This document shows positions 28,078 through 40,991 of a DNA stretch of 64,000 nucleotides, in pieces. Both the position numbers and the translations under genes were made by a program. The notes below the pieces were generated by a model, which searched no databases, was not told the origin of the DNA, and worked only from the letters and a program-made list of their open reading frames with translations. The stretch spans positions 13,910,185 to 13,974,184 of the forward strand of contig NC_069004.1 in NCBI RefSeq assembly GCF_001194135.2, given 5' to 3'. The stretch comes from Octopus bimaculoides. Taxonomy: Eukaryota. Position 1 is the first letter of the stretch. Each line of letters begins with the position of its first letter.

Positions 28078-29483
28078 CTTTGTTTAAGAAATTTAGAGAT
28101 GGAAAACAACATGTAACTATTTGTTCTCAAAATCATGTAGAGTAATGACAATATTAACCCTTCAGCATTTAAACTGTCCATATCCAGCCAAAATATTCTA
28201 TTTGTTTTATGTTCCAACTGACCAAATACAATCTCTCATGCCTACCTCACAATGTCATACTGAAAGTAGACAATCCCACAATTAAAGTCTCAAAGCTACA
28301 AGATAATGCATGATTAATTGAAAACAATGTGAATAAATAAGCACTACAGTTGATAGAATAATCTGAATGCTAAAGGATTAAAAACAAAAAACAGCACAAA
28401 AAGCAAAACATGATATGTTAATATGATTGAGTAGAAGGATGAGTAGTAAAAGGCAAATTAGTTTATATACTAAACATTTTTTTTTAGTGCTTGTACAGAT
28501 TCCCAAGACTCTGTCACCATCCAATTCCATTATTAAAAATTTAAATTGGTAGCTTGAGTCACAGTGAATCTTTCATTAGCTGATTACACAAACATGAGCA
28601 CCACTCCTATGGATGCATTGCAGCTACTCTCTTGATAGAGCATGGTGATCCTGACCATTGATCTAGGATTCATTCACTCAGTGTCAATCTAAGAAGCACC
28701 ATTAGCTCAGTTGAACTCTTCCACTATCTCTCCACAACCTGCCATGCTGCAGTCCCATGACTTCATCATATCCCTCGGAGAGTGGCTGAACAGGTGCTAT
28801 GCCTTGCCAAAGGGCAGCCTGTAACTATGTAGGGAATGGTTGTCACTCTGTGGGGTATTTTCAAAATACCTGCATACTCTAAGCATACAGGGTGCTTATA
28901 AAGTCCTTGTGAAACTTAAAATACCTTGAGCTTTGTATCAATAAAATTTCTCTAACAGGTGGATTGGAAGAGGTGGACCATTATATCGGTCTCCATGATC
29001 ACCAAATTTGACTATATGTATATATGTGTGTGTGTGTGTGTGTGTATCATATATATATACATATTTATATATAAGACAAGTGTGACTGTGTGGTTAAGAA
29101 GTTTGCTTCCCAACCTTATGGTTTTGGGTTCAGTCCCACTGTGTGGCACTTTGGGCAAGTGTGTTCTACTATAGCATCAGACTGATGAGATCCTTGTGAA
29201 TGGATTTGCAAGAGAGAAATTGAAAGAAGCCTGTTATATGTATGCATATGTGTATAAATAAATGTGTGTGTGTGTGTGTGTGTACAAGTATGTCGTAAAT
29301 GAGTGTCATTGTCATATAAGCAGTGTCATTCATTTCCAATATTCTGTGAAAAGCGCAGGGAAATATTACCTTGCTTGGAAACAGATGAGGATTGGCAACA
29401 GGTGGGGACATTAAGTAGTAGAAATTCTACTTTAATAAACCCTGTTTAATCCATGTGAGTACGGTAAAGTGGATGCTATGATG

Positions 29484-29534
<51 letters not shown>

Positions 29535-30284
29535 TGCAAACAGTATATACTGTCCCATAATTTTATATAGGAATCTTCATATTGTCATTATTATAATGCT
29601 CAGCATGTGTGTGTGTGTGTGTGTATGCATGCACACATACACACTGTCAATAACCTTAGTTATATTTCATTGCACTGTTGTGATGCTATCCAATGCCAAT
29701 ATACACATATGCACACACACACACACACATGCACACATACACACACACACACACTTACACACAGCCATCTCCACCCCCACCCCACCTGCACCTAACTCCT
29801 TTGCTTGCTGCTTCTGTTTTATTTTTTGTATTGTTTCGCCTTCTCACTATCCTTTGGAGCTTTGTGTAAAACAATATATGGAATCAATGACGCTTTTGAA
29901 CAAAAACTGCACATCCCCCTCCCCTCTCACCATCCCCAACCCCCACTCCGCTCGTCCACCCCGCCACGCACCCACTCCTCGCTTCTTTTTAGTTTTTGTA
30001 GTGCATGGAGCAGTGCTCTGTTCTGTCGGTCTCTGTTATTCAATTGAGCTTTATTGTTATGTACCTACGCCATTGGAAACGCATAAAACTTTATTTTTAT
30101 AGCAGTCAATGCTGCTAAAGGTAGTCATCAGAGATGATCTGCTTGCAAAGGAAAATCTAATTTTATTGGATAACTGTATCATTAAACCTACCAAAAACCA
30201 GCAACACAGCTAGAATGACTTTAAGCAATTTACTGAGAGCTTTTACAGTTCCTTTAGAAACCACCCAGCTCTCTCTCTCTATAT

Positions 30285-30312
30285 ATATGTGTGTGTGTGT
30301 GTGTGAGTGTAT

Positions 30313-30343
<31 letters not shown>

Positions 30344-30545
30344 CATACGTATATATACACACACATATATACATATATGTATATATACACACAAACACAC
30401 ACACATATATATATATATATATACACATGCACATATATATACACATACACACATATACATACACATATATATATACATATATACACACACATATACATAT
30501 ACACATGTACATATATATACACACATACATATATGCACACATATA

Positions 30546-30585
<40 letters not shown>

Positions 30586-30661
30586 TACACATATTTATAT
30601 GTATATATGTATATATTATATACATACACATAAATACACACATACATATATACACACGGAC

Positions 30662-30728
<67 letters not shown>

Positions 30729-30738
30729 NNNNNNNNNN

Positions 30739-30777
<39 letters not shown>

Positions 30778-30785
30778 CACACACG

Positions 30786-30825
<40 letters not shown>
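30285..30825. repeat. Compound (TA)n/(CA)n microsatellite with a 10-N gap
   Basis: Direct reading. Confidence 0.97.
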
Positions 30826-32067
30826 TACTCATACAGACACTGCTTGGAGCTATGTATACAGATGCTGTTAAGAGCCACACGAATAGACATTCATTTCAAC
30901 TGCAACTGTCCTCATTATTACATGCTTAAAATGCATAAATATATAAAATGTACAGAAGTATCGATAGCAATTCTTTTTGGCACACATACAATCAATTAAA
31001 TGTTTGAAGAATGACCATAGCATATTAGATATGGCATATGTGCATCTAGAATGCTGCAACACATTGACATCTTGTAATTATGAGAGATAGAGAGGAAGAA
31101 ACAAAGAGGTTTGTATTCCTAATTTGAGAAGCTGAAGCTTGCCAGATAAGTATGGTCACAGAGGGCCTCAGTATCCTTATTGGATGTTGTGCATTGCATG
31201 GTATAAAGTTGAAGTTAATAATTGGAAGACATAATACTGATTTTGCACTCTTTTGGGTACTGAGTTTGAAGTGTTCCTTTTTAACCAGGAATAATGAAGC
31301 CATACAAGGTAGTTGTCATGGTACTAAGGAAATCTGAGGAGAGCTGAACAGCAGGTTTTCAGACAAGAGACCTGCTTCATGCAACTTTTTGGCCCTCAAC
31401 TCCTTATCCTTTAAGAGGGCTGGGCTGCATCCAGGTCATGACTCCTAGATACCTCTCAGCTATTACATTCTGTGCTATTGTTTGCATTGCAACCCTCCTG
31501 GAGGGTTAAGGTGTCTCATATCCAAGGAAACTTTGGTGTTATGGCAAGTTCAGTCAAAGACATAATGCTGGGTTTTGTACCCTTTGTGTGCTGAGTTTGA
31601 AGTCTTTTTACAACCAGGTATAGTGAAGTAATAGAAGAAGACAGTTGTCATAGAATCTACCAAAGTCTGTACAAAATATAAATTACTAATGTACTTGGTG
31701 TATATTTAGATCCTCATAAATACTCTTATATAAAAAAAATTCTGAAAAATTGCATTCAACTTCAAATTATTACTGTTAATATTTGATTTAAAAATATACA
31801 ATCAAAATATAAACATTGCAATCCTCTCTCACACACACATGTTTATATATGTGTATATACATTATAATTGATTATGTATTGATTCAGAAATAACCATTCA
31901 TTTCCCTTATTGCTACAAATTGGACAAAAGTTAAAACTGGTATAAACAGGTTTATTTCTAATCAATATCTGACACAAATTCCTATTTATGTGTTAAATAT
32001 CCATACTGATAGACCAACTTTTTATGTTTCATATTAATACTTTGCATATTTCTAGATTAGTTAGGTA

Positions 32068-32295
32068 TATTTACACAAAACATATTCACATACTCTGATA
32101 CACACTGTGTTTCAAGTATATATTTACACAAGTGACTTGCATACTTTTCTGAACAGACAACACTATATTGAATATATTTACACAAAACCATATTAAGATG
32201 CTTTGTTCAATACACACTGAATTGAGTACATATTTACACAGATATAGATCACATTCAGATACTCTTCTTAACAGACAATACTACAGGGAACATAT
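32068..32295. repeat. Diverged tandem repeat, about 54-bp unit, with dimeric higher-order structure
   Basis: tatttacaca recurs at 32068, 32121, 32175 and 32231. Confidence 0.7.
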
Positions 32296-33574
32296 TTTCA
32301 GGAGAATATCAGAAAGTTTTTGTCTTTTTTAACAGAGAACAGTGTGACTGAAGGATTTTCCAGAGCTGTACAATAACCGACTGATTTAGCTTTAGAAACA
32401 AAAAACAAAACCCTAATATTTTAATTGTTTGTCTTATGACAGGTTTTCACCTCAATCCATTACCAGCATTTCATAGCATACATTTTTTTTCACTTCTAGC
32501 TGCAAATTATATCTGATTCTCAACTGTTAACCTCTATTATCAATATCAGATATATAAACTCCATCTGGTGCTCCACACATATCTTAATGTCTACCACTGT
32601 CTAGTCATATAATCTGCAACCACAAATTCTCTCTAACAAATCAATGAAATATTACTAAATTAGTTGTAGATATTTTTCTGACATTTTCTATTAGATGACA
32701 TGCAATATACAGCTTCTGCTTAGTGACCTAATCAATGTCAGATTAGTTAGGGGTCAGTTATCCAAGGTCAAAAATGTTGAATTGTTTTCTTATCTTTTGG
32801 TCAGGGCCTTTGAGATAATAGGAGGGAGAGAAAGAGGTAATTATCCTCAAACTGGAAATCTGGCCTGAATGTTTGCAGCAAAGAAGACTTTGTAACATAT
32901 ACCCAAGGCATCATGAGGGAGTGTTGGAATGAGTCACAGATTAAGTTAACCACTAGAAAAGGCTTTGCATAAAACAAAGATCAAATCAAATGAAAGTTGA
33001 AAATATAGAGATATTTTAATAACACAAGGCAATATTCCCCACCCTGGGACCATAAGTTACTTTTCCTAACTAATGTCTAATGGATTTCAAAGGAATCAAA
33101 AGATCTTTCAGAAGAAACTGCCAGATAATAGATATATTTATTCTACAATTTATGTTATTATCTAAATAACAACTTAACTTTCAGGAAATCATCATTGCGG
33201 ATTTTATGTCCACTTTTCATACTGGCATGGCTTGGAGAAAAAAAACACTTGAGACATGCCTTTCCTAACACCAATGTTGCTGGTTTTCAAGGAGAGTACT
33301 TTATGCGAATGGTTTTCGTGCATCAAATCAAGGAACAGTATGCCTTGTTTATGAGGAATGTAAACAAATACCAACCTCTGTCCAAGACACATGGACACAA
33401 ACAAACACAAACATACACAACACATATTTATGTATCATTTAATAAAATCAGGATTATTATATCTGAGCCTCTTGAAGTTTCATGCTGAGATAGTGCAGTA
33501 ATCAGGCAGGCTAATATAACATACAAATCACTATCCTGCAACTGTCCAGTGGAATTCTGATCAAGTAGCTCAAA

Positions 33575-34891
33575 TATTGGGTCATCTCATAAATAATGAA
33601 TGGAATGTCTGGTGTGTGTCTTCATGTGGCTACCTGCTCCTAAAAAAATGGGGAATAGGCGGTATATATATATATATATATATTAGATAAACAAACTTCT
33701 TTTTCATCTAAAATATACTCTCCTCCATTTTCTACAATGTTCTTCCATCTATCTGGTAGACTTGCAAGGCTCCTCTCTCAAAATTCACTTGTCCGTGACG
33801 AAAAATACTTCTCCAGTACTGTTCTGACCTTGTCTACAGAATTCATATTTTTTCTGTTCAAATGATTTTGAAGACTGTGGAATAAATGATAATCAGATGG
33901 GGTAATGTCTGGCGATATGATGAGTGGGGCATTGTTTCCCATTCAAACTGCTCCAGCCTTTGGAACATTATCCTTGCTGCATGTGGCCAAGTATTATCCT
34001 GATGGAAGAACACCTTTCATCATGAAACCAAAGATAGTCGTTTTTCTTTTCGCACTGACTTAAGCCACTCTCAGCAGATCTCCTTTGTTATCATTTGGTT
34101 TGGGTTTAAAAGTTCAAAGTGGACTAAACCTTTCATATCCCATGAAACAGATAACAACACCTTACGTGGGTGAAGACTAGTGTTTCTCCTTTCCCTACCC
34201 ACTGTTTCTGGTGCTTGACATTTTTATAGAGAACCCATTTCTCATCACCAATCACCATTTAGTCCAAAAAAAGGTTCATTTATGAGACGTGACAGTAAAG
34301 AAGAGCACACATTCACTCTCTGCACATGATTAGACTCGGTAAGTTTGTGAGGAACCCACTGACCCAATTTTCTGTCTTTTCCAATGGCACACAAGAGTCA
34401 ATGAATGGTTGAATGACCAAATCCAAGCCTCTCTGCTAGTTCCTCAACAGTTACGATAGGATTTTGTTCCACTAGGGTTTGCAGGACATCCTTGTCAAGC
34501 TCTACAGATCTTCCAGGACAAGGCTCATCTTCTAGGCTGTAGTTTCTGGCTCAGAATTTCTGGAACCGCCACTGACACTGGCTTACACTTATTGTCCGAT
34601 CCCCATATACTGCATTAATATTCCTCACACTTTCTGTTGCGTTGTTGCTTTTAGAGAACTCATAAAGCAAAATATGCCGAATATGCTCCTTTGTCACTGC
34701 CATTATAGTTTTGAAAAAATAACTGTTAAAATCGAACTGCACTGTTCAAAACTTGCACTAAGAATAAATCCCAGGTAAAATTACTACCTGCTTTTATAGC
34801 AAGTTGATGCAGATAGTTTATCCTGTCCCCTGCTGACTTTTAGTTCAAGCAATTAAAAAAAAACACATTATTTATGGGACAACCCAACATA
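33575..34891 (-). mobile_element. Full-length-size decayed mariner transposon
   Basis: TIRs tattgggtcatctcataaataatg / cattatttatgggacaacccaacata; about 1.3 kb. Transposase remnants: MAVTKEHIRHILLYEF...RNINAVYG (ORF 34551..34742), IGDEKWVLYKN, LHPRKVLL, HDNTWPHAA. Confidence 0.9.
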
Positions 34892-35080
34892 AACTGTTTT
34901 TATTAGATGATACCTATCTTTTGCTGGAGTGAGTACCTTTCTTTTGTTGATCCTATCAATGAATGTAAACAATACACCACATGCATGCATATACACATAC
35001 TTCCAGTCTCTTCAGCCATTTAATGACATACATGTTTTTCTCAGAAATGTCTTTTCCTTCTCTGTAGACTGTTCCTTTTT

Positions 35081-35108
35081 CTGATGAAGAGCCAATGCTT
35101 GAAATGTC
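35081..35108 (+). ncRNA. Decayed minimal hammerhead-like motif with canonical CUGAUGA core
   Basis: CTGATGA-A-GAGC-caat-GCTT-GAAAT-GTC; the GCTT and GAAAT positions look like CpG-deaminated GCTC and GAAAC. Stem I is decayed. Confidence 0.5.
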
Positions 35109-35206
35109 ACACTCCTCTTATTTCCATCTTAAACCGAGTGTCAACCTAATACACTCACTGTGTATGTCCTTTTAATCCTCGTTTTTATTTTTGAATTGTG
35201 TATATA

Positions 35207-35332
35207 CAGGGTGTCCACAAAGTCTGGGTATATGGAGTAAATAATATCATAACATAAACAATTAAATATAAGAAATAATAATTTCTTAAAGTATATGTTA
35301 ATCCCATGTACCCAGACTTTGTGGACACCCTG
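35207..35332. mobile_element. 126-bp Tc1/mariner-type MITE
   Basis: About 30-bp TIRs cagggtgtccacaaagtctgggta.atgg; TA on both sides. Confidence 0.85.
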
Positions 35333-35339
35333 TATGTTA

Positions 35340-35630
35340 TAGACATATGAAGAACTTCAGCATCTTCCCAGAGACTTGGGAGGAAAAGGCCCAGCATCAT
35401 GATAAATGGCACCAGTTGCTGAAGCTCATAATTCTAGACACTGAGGAGAAACAATCGAGAGAATATGAGAGAGCACAAGTGGTATCAATTCTTTGTAGCA
35501 TCAAGTAGCTTCACCTGTAGTAGATGTCATTGCTGCCTCAGATCAAGAGCAGGCCTTGTAGCCCACATGCGAGCCTACCAGAGATGATTACTGAACAATA
35601 ACAGTTGATGGACAGCCTATACCGGACAGC
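35340..35630 (+). mobile_element. 3' end of an RTE-type LINE
   Basis: Reads ...SSFTCSRC.CCLRSRAGLVAHMRA, resembling the RTE C-terminal CCHH-like tail. Confidence 0.55.
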
Positions 35631-37237
35631 CAATGATGGTGATATATGTTATATATATATACAGATATGCATGATAGAAACACTTACACATACATAACAG
35701 GGTTCTGTACAGTTTATGATAACTAAATTTCATCCACAAGACATTGGCCAACTCAAGGTTAAAATAGAAGCCAGTTGCCCAAGGAACCAAACTTCTTAAC
35801 TAGTCAGCCATGCCAAATCTGGTGAGAAGTACAGTGAATACACACACACACAAATTCTAAGTTTGGATTTATGAAAGTACTCAATATATGTAATAGGGTT
35901 TCTTTACATGTAACTGAACCATAACTTTGTCCCTATTCCAAGGGTTTCTGTATTTTATCTTCATAAACAGAAATGAAAAACTTGTAGAGACAGAATCAGT
36001 GTCCAACACAGAGTAAGGTATTTTATTATACATAAATATGTATTCCAGATAATCACAGTCATTTTCTTGAACTGTAGCCATCATCATCATCATCATTTAA
36101 CATCTGCTTTCCATGCCTGGATGGGTTAGTTAGGAGTTGGCAAGACAGAAGACTGCGCCAAGCTCTGCTGTCTGCTTTGGCACAGTTTCCACGACTGGAT
36201 GCCCTTCCTAACACCAACCACTTAACAGAGTGTACTGGATGCTTTTTACATGGTACCAACACCACTGAGGTCACCAAATAACTTACAAGACAAGAATTCT
36301 CAACTGAGTCTTTTGGAAATTTTTTGTGAGAATTACATGTGATTGTGTGTGTTTGTGTGTGCGAGTTATGATGTTCATTAAAATAAAGGCAAATATAAAT
36401 TGGTAAAAACAGAACTCAATCTTAATCTAGTAGAGTGTTATAAATCATAATACATTTACATATTTTATACTCACAACAGAACTGGTATTTTACTTAGTAA
36501 GCTTATCAAAGTACTGCTTGAAAATGCTCATCAAACTAACTACATTTCATCATACTTAAAAGTTAACATGGATATGAAATCTCAAGTAAAAAGAAAAGGG
36601 AGCAGAGTTATTTGAAATGCAGGAATAAAATTGATGGCTGTTCTACAAATCTATGTACATAAAAATAAATTTCATAGAAATTAATGGGTGATTTTTCTCT
36701 CAGAGAACTACAGTCAGAAATTAGTTGATGAATGATAGGAGGCAGGGAAAAGAAGGCAAATGATATGCTTAAACATTTAAATATATTTGTCATTGTAGTT
36801 GGGGGTTGGGAGAGAAAGTAAATATAAGGAGAAGAAAAAGAAAAGATAAAAATATGCATCATGTGTTGTACAGTGTTTCTGAAACAAAAATTAAATATTA
36901 TAGGATATTTATCTAATATTGTCATATAGTAATTCTACAGTAATTTAATATTGTCTTGTAGTAATTCCATTGTAATCTAATATTGTCATCTATTTATCTC
37001 ACATATGTATGAGATTATATATTTAAAATAATAAATATATAAATAGTTTGTAGAAAATTTCAAGATTTCTGATATACATATATATATACATAAATACATA
37101 TATATATATATATATATATAAATACATACATACATATAAATACATACATACAAAATACATGATTGATTCTTTTTTCTAACGTGCCACCAGCATAAGTGCT
37201 AGAACACTGGTAAGGATTACGCTATATACATATATAT

Positions 37238-37298
<61 letters not shown>

Positions 37299-37639
37299 TA
37301 TGTATATTAATAGTTATCGCCAAGTTAACATGGCAGTCCAGGAAAATAGGACGAATGCTGCCGTTGATTAGCTCCAAGAGGCTATCGCCTCTAGCTAGCT
37401 ATGTGACACACGAACCTGTGTCTATTAAAACCTTTGAACAGAGGAGGTCAGTCACTTCCCCTTGCTTTATTTATTTGTGCAGCTGAGGATAGCCCTGCTT
37501 TTAAGTTGATGTAATGATTGCATTGTTCAATGAAATGGAGGTGTTTGAAACGGTCGTACTGCATCACTTCTTAATATCCTGTTGCTTATTTTGATTACAC
37601 ACACACATATGTACATATATATATTTATACATATATATA

Positions 37640-37890
37640 TCATCATCATCGTTGTTTAACGTCCGCTTTCCATGCTAGCATGGGTTGGACGATATGACTG
37701 AGGACTGGTGAACCGGATGGCTACACCAGGCTCCAATCTGATTTGGCAGAGTTTCTACAGCTGGATGCCCTTCCTAACGCCAACCACTCAGAGAGTGTAG
37801 TGGGTGCTTTTTACGTGCCACCGGCACGAAGGCCAGTCACGCGGTACTGGCAACGGCCACGCTCGAAATGCTGTATTTTATGTGCCACAT
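37640..37890 (+). mobile_element. SINE-like repeat family B, (CAT)n-flanked
   Basis: catcatc...tttaacgtccgctttccatgctagcatgggttggacg...cagctggatgcccttcctaacgccaacc. Copies near 2310, 36085, 38140, 41907 and 46485 (inverted), plus older ones. Confidence 0.75.
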
Positions 37891-37921
37891 ATTTATACAT
37901 ATATATATATATATGTGTATG

Positions 37922-37958
<37 letters not shown>

Positions 37959-37990
37959 ATGTATGTGTATGTATATATATATATATATGA

Positions 37991-38023
<33 letters not shown>

Positions 38024-40807
38024 TATGCATATATATATGTATATATGTGTGTATGTATATATATATATGTATACACACACTCACACACATGTAAATAAAT
38101 ATATATATGTATGTATGTATATGTGTATATAAATGTAGGTATCATCATTGTCGTTTAACGTCCGCTTTCCATGCTGGCATGGGTTGGACGATTTGACTGA
38201 GGATTGGTGAAACCGGATGGCTACACCAGGCTCAAACATGTCAATAAGATTTGAAGTAATTTGAGATGGAGAATTAATTCATGAAAAGATGTATACGTTA
38301 AGAAGTTTACAGCTAATTTGAGAGATTGAGAAGCAAAGAAGGCTGAGAATAATGAAGTATCTTAAACAGGGATTTCATCCGAAATGAAGATTTTGTTGGT
38401 AAGAAATACTATCTGTGAGAAATTAACAAAATTAGGGAGAGATAAACAAATAATTATACGTAAAATTTTAAATATATTTTGTAAGAAATGAGTTAGAAGT
38501 TTTGAATTATAAGAGTTCAATTCTAGCTATCAGCTGACGATAATTGAAATTATTAAAGGTTAATGATTAAATGAAATTATTAAAGGTTGTAGCTAGTACA
38601 CACACATACACACACACACAGATAGATACGTACACACATAGACAGACACATTAAAATACATATAAATGATTATGGGTTCACACTGGTGTGAATTGTAATG
38701 AAGCAAATATTCAATAATATTGATTTCCTTATTGAACATTTCAAAGAAGCAGGAGCTCTTCTCCTATTTGACTTCATTCTCAGCTTTTCAGGAGAAAGTG
38801 TTATCACATGATTCTGCAAGAAAATAGCCTGCGGAGACTTTTTCATACATTTTAAATCACTATTTCTCAGCAGTGTTAAGCACAACTACATCAAAAATGA
38901 ATTTACTTGCATTCGTAGGAGATGTTGTAGTGCAAAACAACAGAGCCATTTACACTGTATTTTCAAAAGCATTTTGACAAATAATGGATACCAACTCCAT
39001 TAGTTATGATGACATTTGTTGATCTGATCACTGGAACAGCCTGCTCACGAAATTAACATACAAGTGGATGAGAACTCCACAGACATGTGCCCTTCTTGAA
39101 GTTTTCAGGGGAATTCAGTGACACAGAATGTGATAAGGTTGGTCCTTTGAATTACAGGTACAACTAATTCTTGCCAGCTGAGTGAACTGGAACAGCATGA
39201 AATAAAGTGTTTTGCTCAAGGACAAAATGTACTGCTTAGTAATTGAACTCAAGACTTTAGGATTGAGAGCTGAATACCCTAACCACTAAGCCACGCATCA
39301 TCATCATTACCAACAATGTCCATAATGTAAAACATAGAACAACTACCACAACAACATATGCTTCCTTAAACTATGATATCTTCCTATGACTACAACCAGT
39401 GCCATTAGAAAAGCTATTAATGGAGAGGGGTTAGACACCTGTCTTGCCCACTCTGGACACTTCATAAGCCAAGTTCTTGCCAAAAAAACTCTCATAGACC
39501 AACAATACATACATACATACACAAGCTGTTTTATATATATATATATATATATATNNNNNNNNNNNNNNNNNNNNNNNNNNNNNNNNNNNNNNNNNNNNNN
39601 NNNNNNNNNNNNNNNNNNNNNNNNNNNNNNNNNNNNNNNNNNNNNNNNNNNNNNNNNNNNNNNNNNNNNNNNNNNNNNNNNNNNNNNNNNNNNNNNNNNN
39701 NNNNNNNNNNNNNNNNNNNNNNNNNNNNNNNNNNNNNNNNNNNNNNNNNNNNNNNNNNNNNNNNNNNNNNNNNNNNNNNNNNNNNNNNNNNNNNNNNNNN
39801 NNNNNNNNNNNNNNNNNNNNNNNNNNNNNNNNNNNNNNNNNTATGTATATATATATATATATGAATCTGAGGGTAGCAAAAAATTTTTTAGAAATTCTAT
39901 TTGCTACCAGTGGTCTAGCGAGGAGAAAAAATTAGTCAATAGACTATATATTATTCATTTAACCCTTTAGTGTTCACATTATTCTGCCAAAATTAATGCT
40001 TTTTTATCCACATTGTTTTGAACTAATCATGCATTATCTTGTAGCTATGAGATTTTGATGAGGTAGCTGCTAATTTTTAAAACGATATTGTAGGGTTGGT
40101 GTGAGAGACCAGATCTGGCCAGTTCTAACATAAAACAGGCAGAATACTTTTGGCCGGATATGGCCGGTTTAAATACTAAAGGGTTAAAATACAGTGTACA
40201 TTTAAACATATCAGAGATGTCCATAATAGGACATCTAACCTGCTAGAAGGATCAGTCAAAACTCCACACCACAATTAGGGATAATTTCGAAAGGGAATGA
40301 AAAATAAAAACATTTACATACCGGAGTAAGCACAAGTGTGCATATGTGTCTGTGTATACATGCTTATTCGTGCATGTATTTATGTCTTACAAATATATGC
40401 CTATATATGCATATTGTCTGTACGTATGCATCTGTGTATTATGATGTATATATGTATGTTGTAGATAGCCTAGTATGCATATATATTGTTGTAGAATTTT
40501 TATTTTTCATTTTAATGCAGCGTAAATTTTAATCCATTTTAATGCAGTGTAAATTTTATTTTAATGTGTTAATTGAGCGATAATTCGAATATAATTATTT
40601 ACAATATGTATTTTGAACCCCCTTTTCAATTTAAGGTTTTTTTGATTTTTTAAAAAATAGGATGAATCTATATTGAATTCATTTGTTTTGTTTATTTTGT
40701 TCATTGCATACCTAAGACCATTATTTGAAACGACCAATGAAACAGATCCATGTGTTTTAATTTTATATTAGTTTTGATTGCATCGTCATTTCTCTCCCAT
40801 TTCTAAC

Positions 40808-40853
40808 AAAACTGTCCGATGAACGGGAACGTGAAACTCCGAGTAACAGTTTT
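40808..40853 (+). ncRNA. Type I hammerhead-ribozyme-like fold with U4C core variant
   Basis: AAAACTGT|CCGATGA|ACG ggaa CGT|GAA|ACT ccg AGT|A|ACAGTTTT: stems of 8, 3 and 3 bp, all Watson-Crick, with a GUA cleavage triplet. Confidence 0.6.
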
Positions 40854-40887
40854 TTGTTATATTTCTGCTGCTTTTAAATAAAGTATA

Positions 40888-40991
<104 letters not shown>

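Noticed and set aside
29848-29859. 12-nt microexon LQRI
   Set aside because: The AAG acceptor is weak, and the insertion point is in a probable structured strand between two conserved exons.
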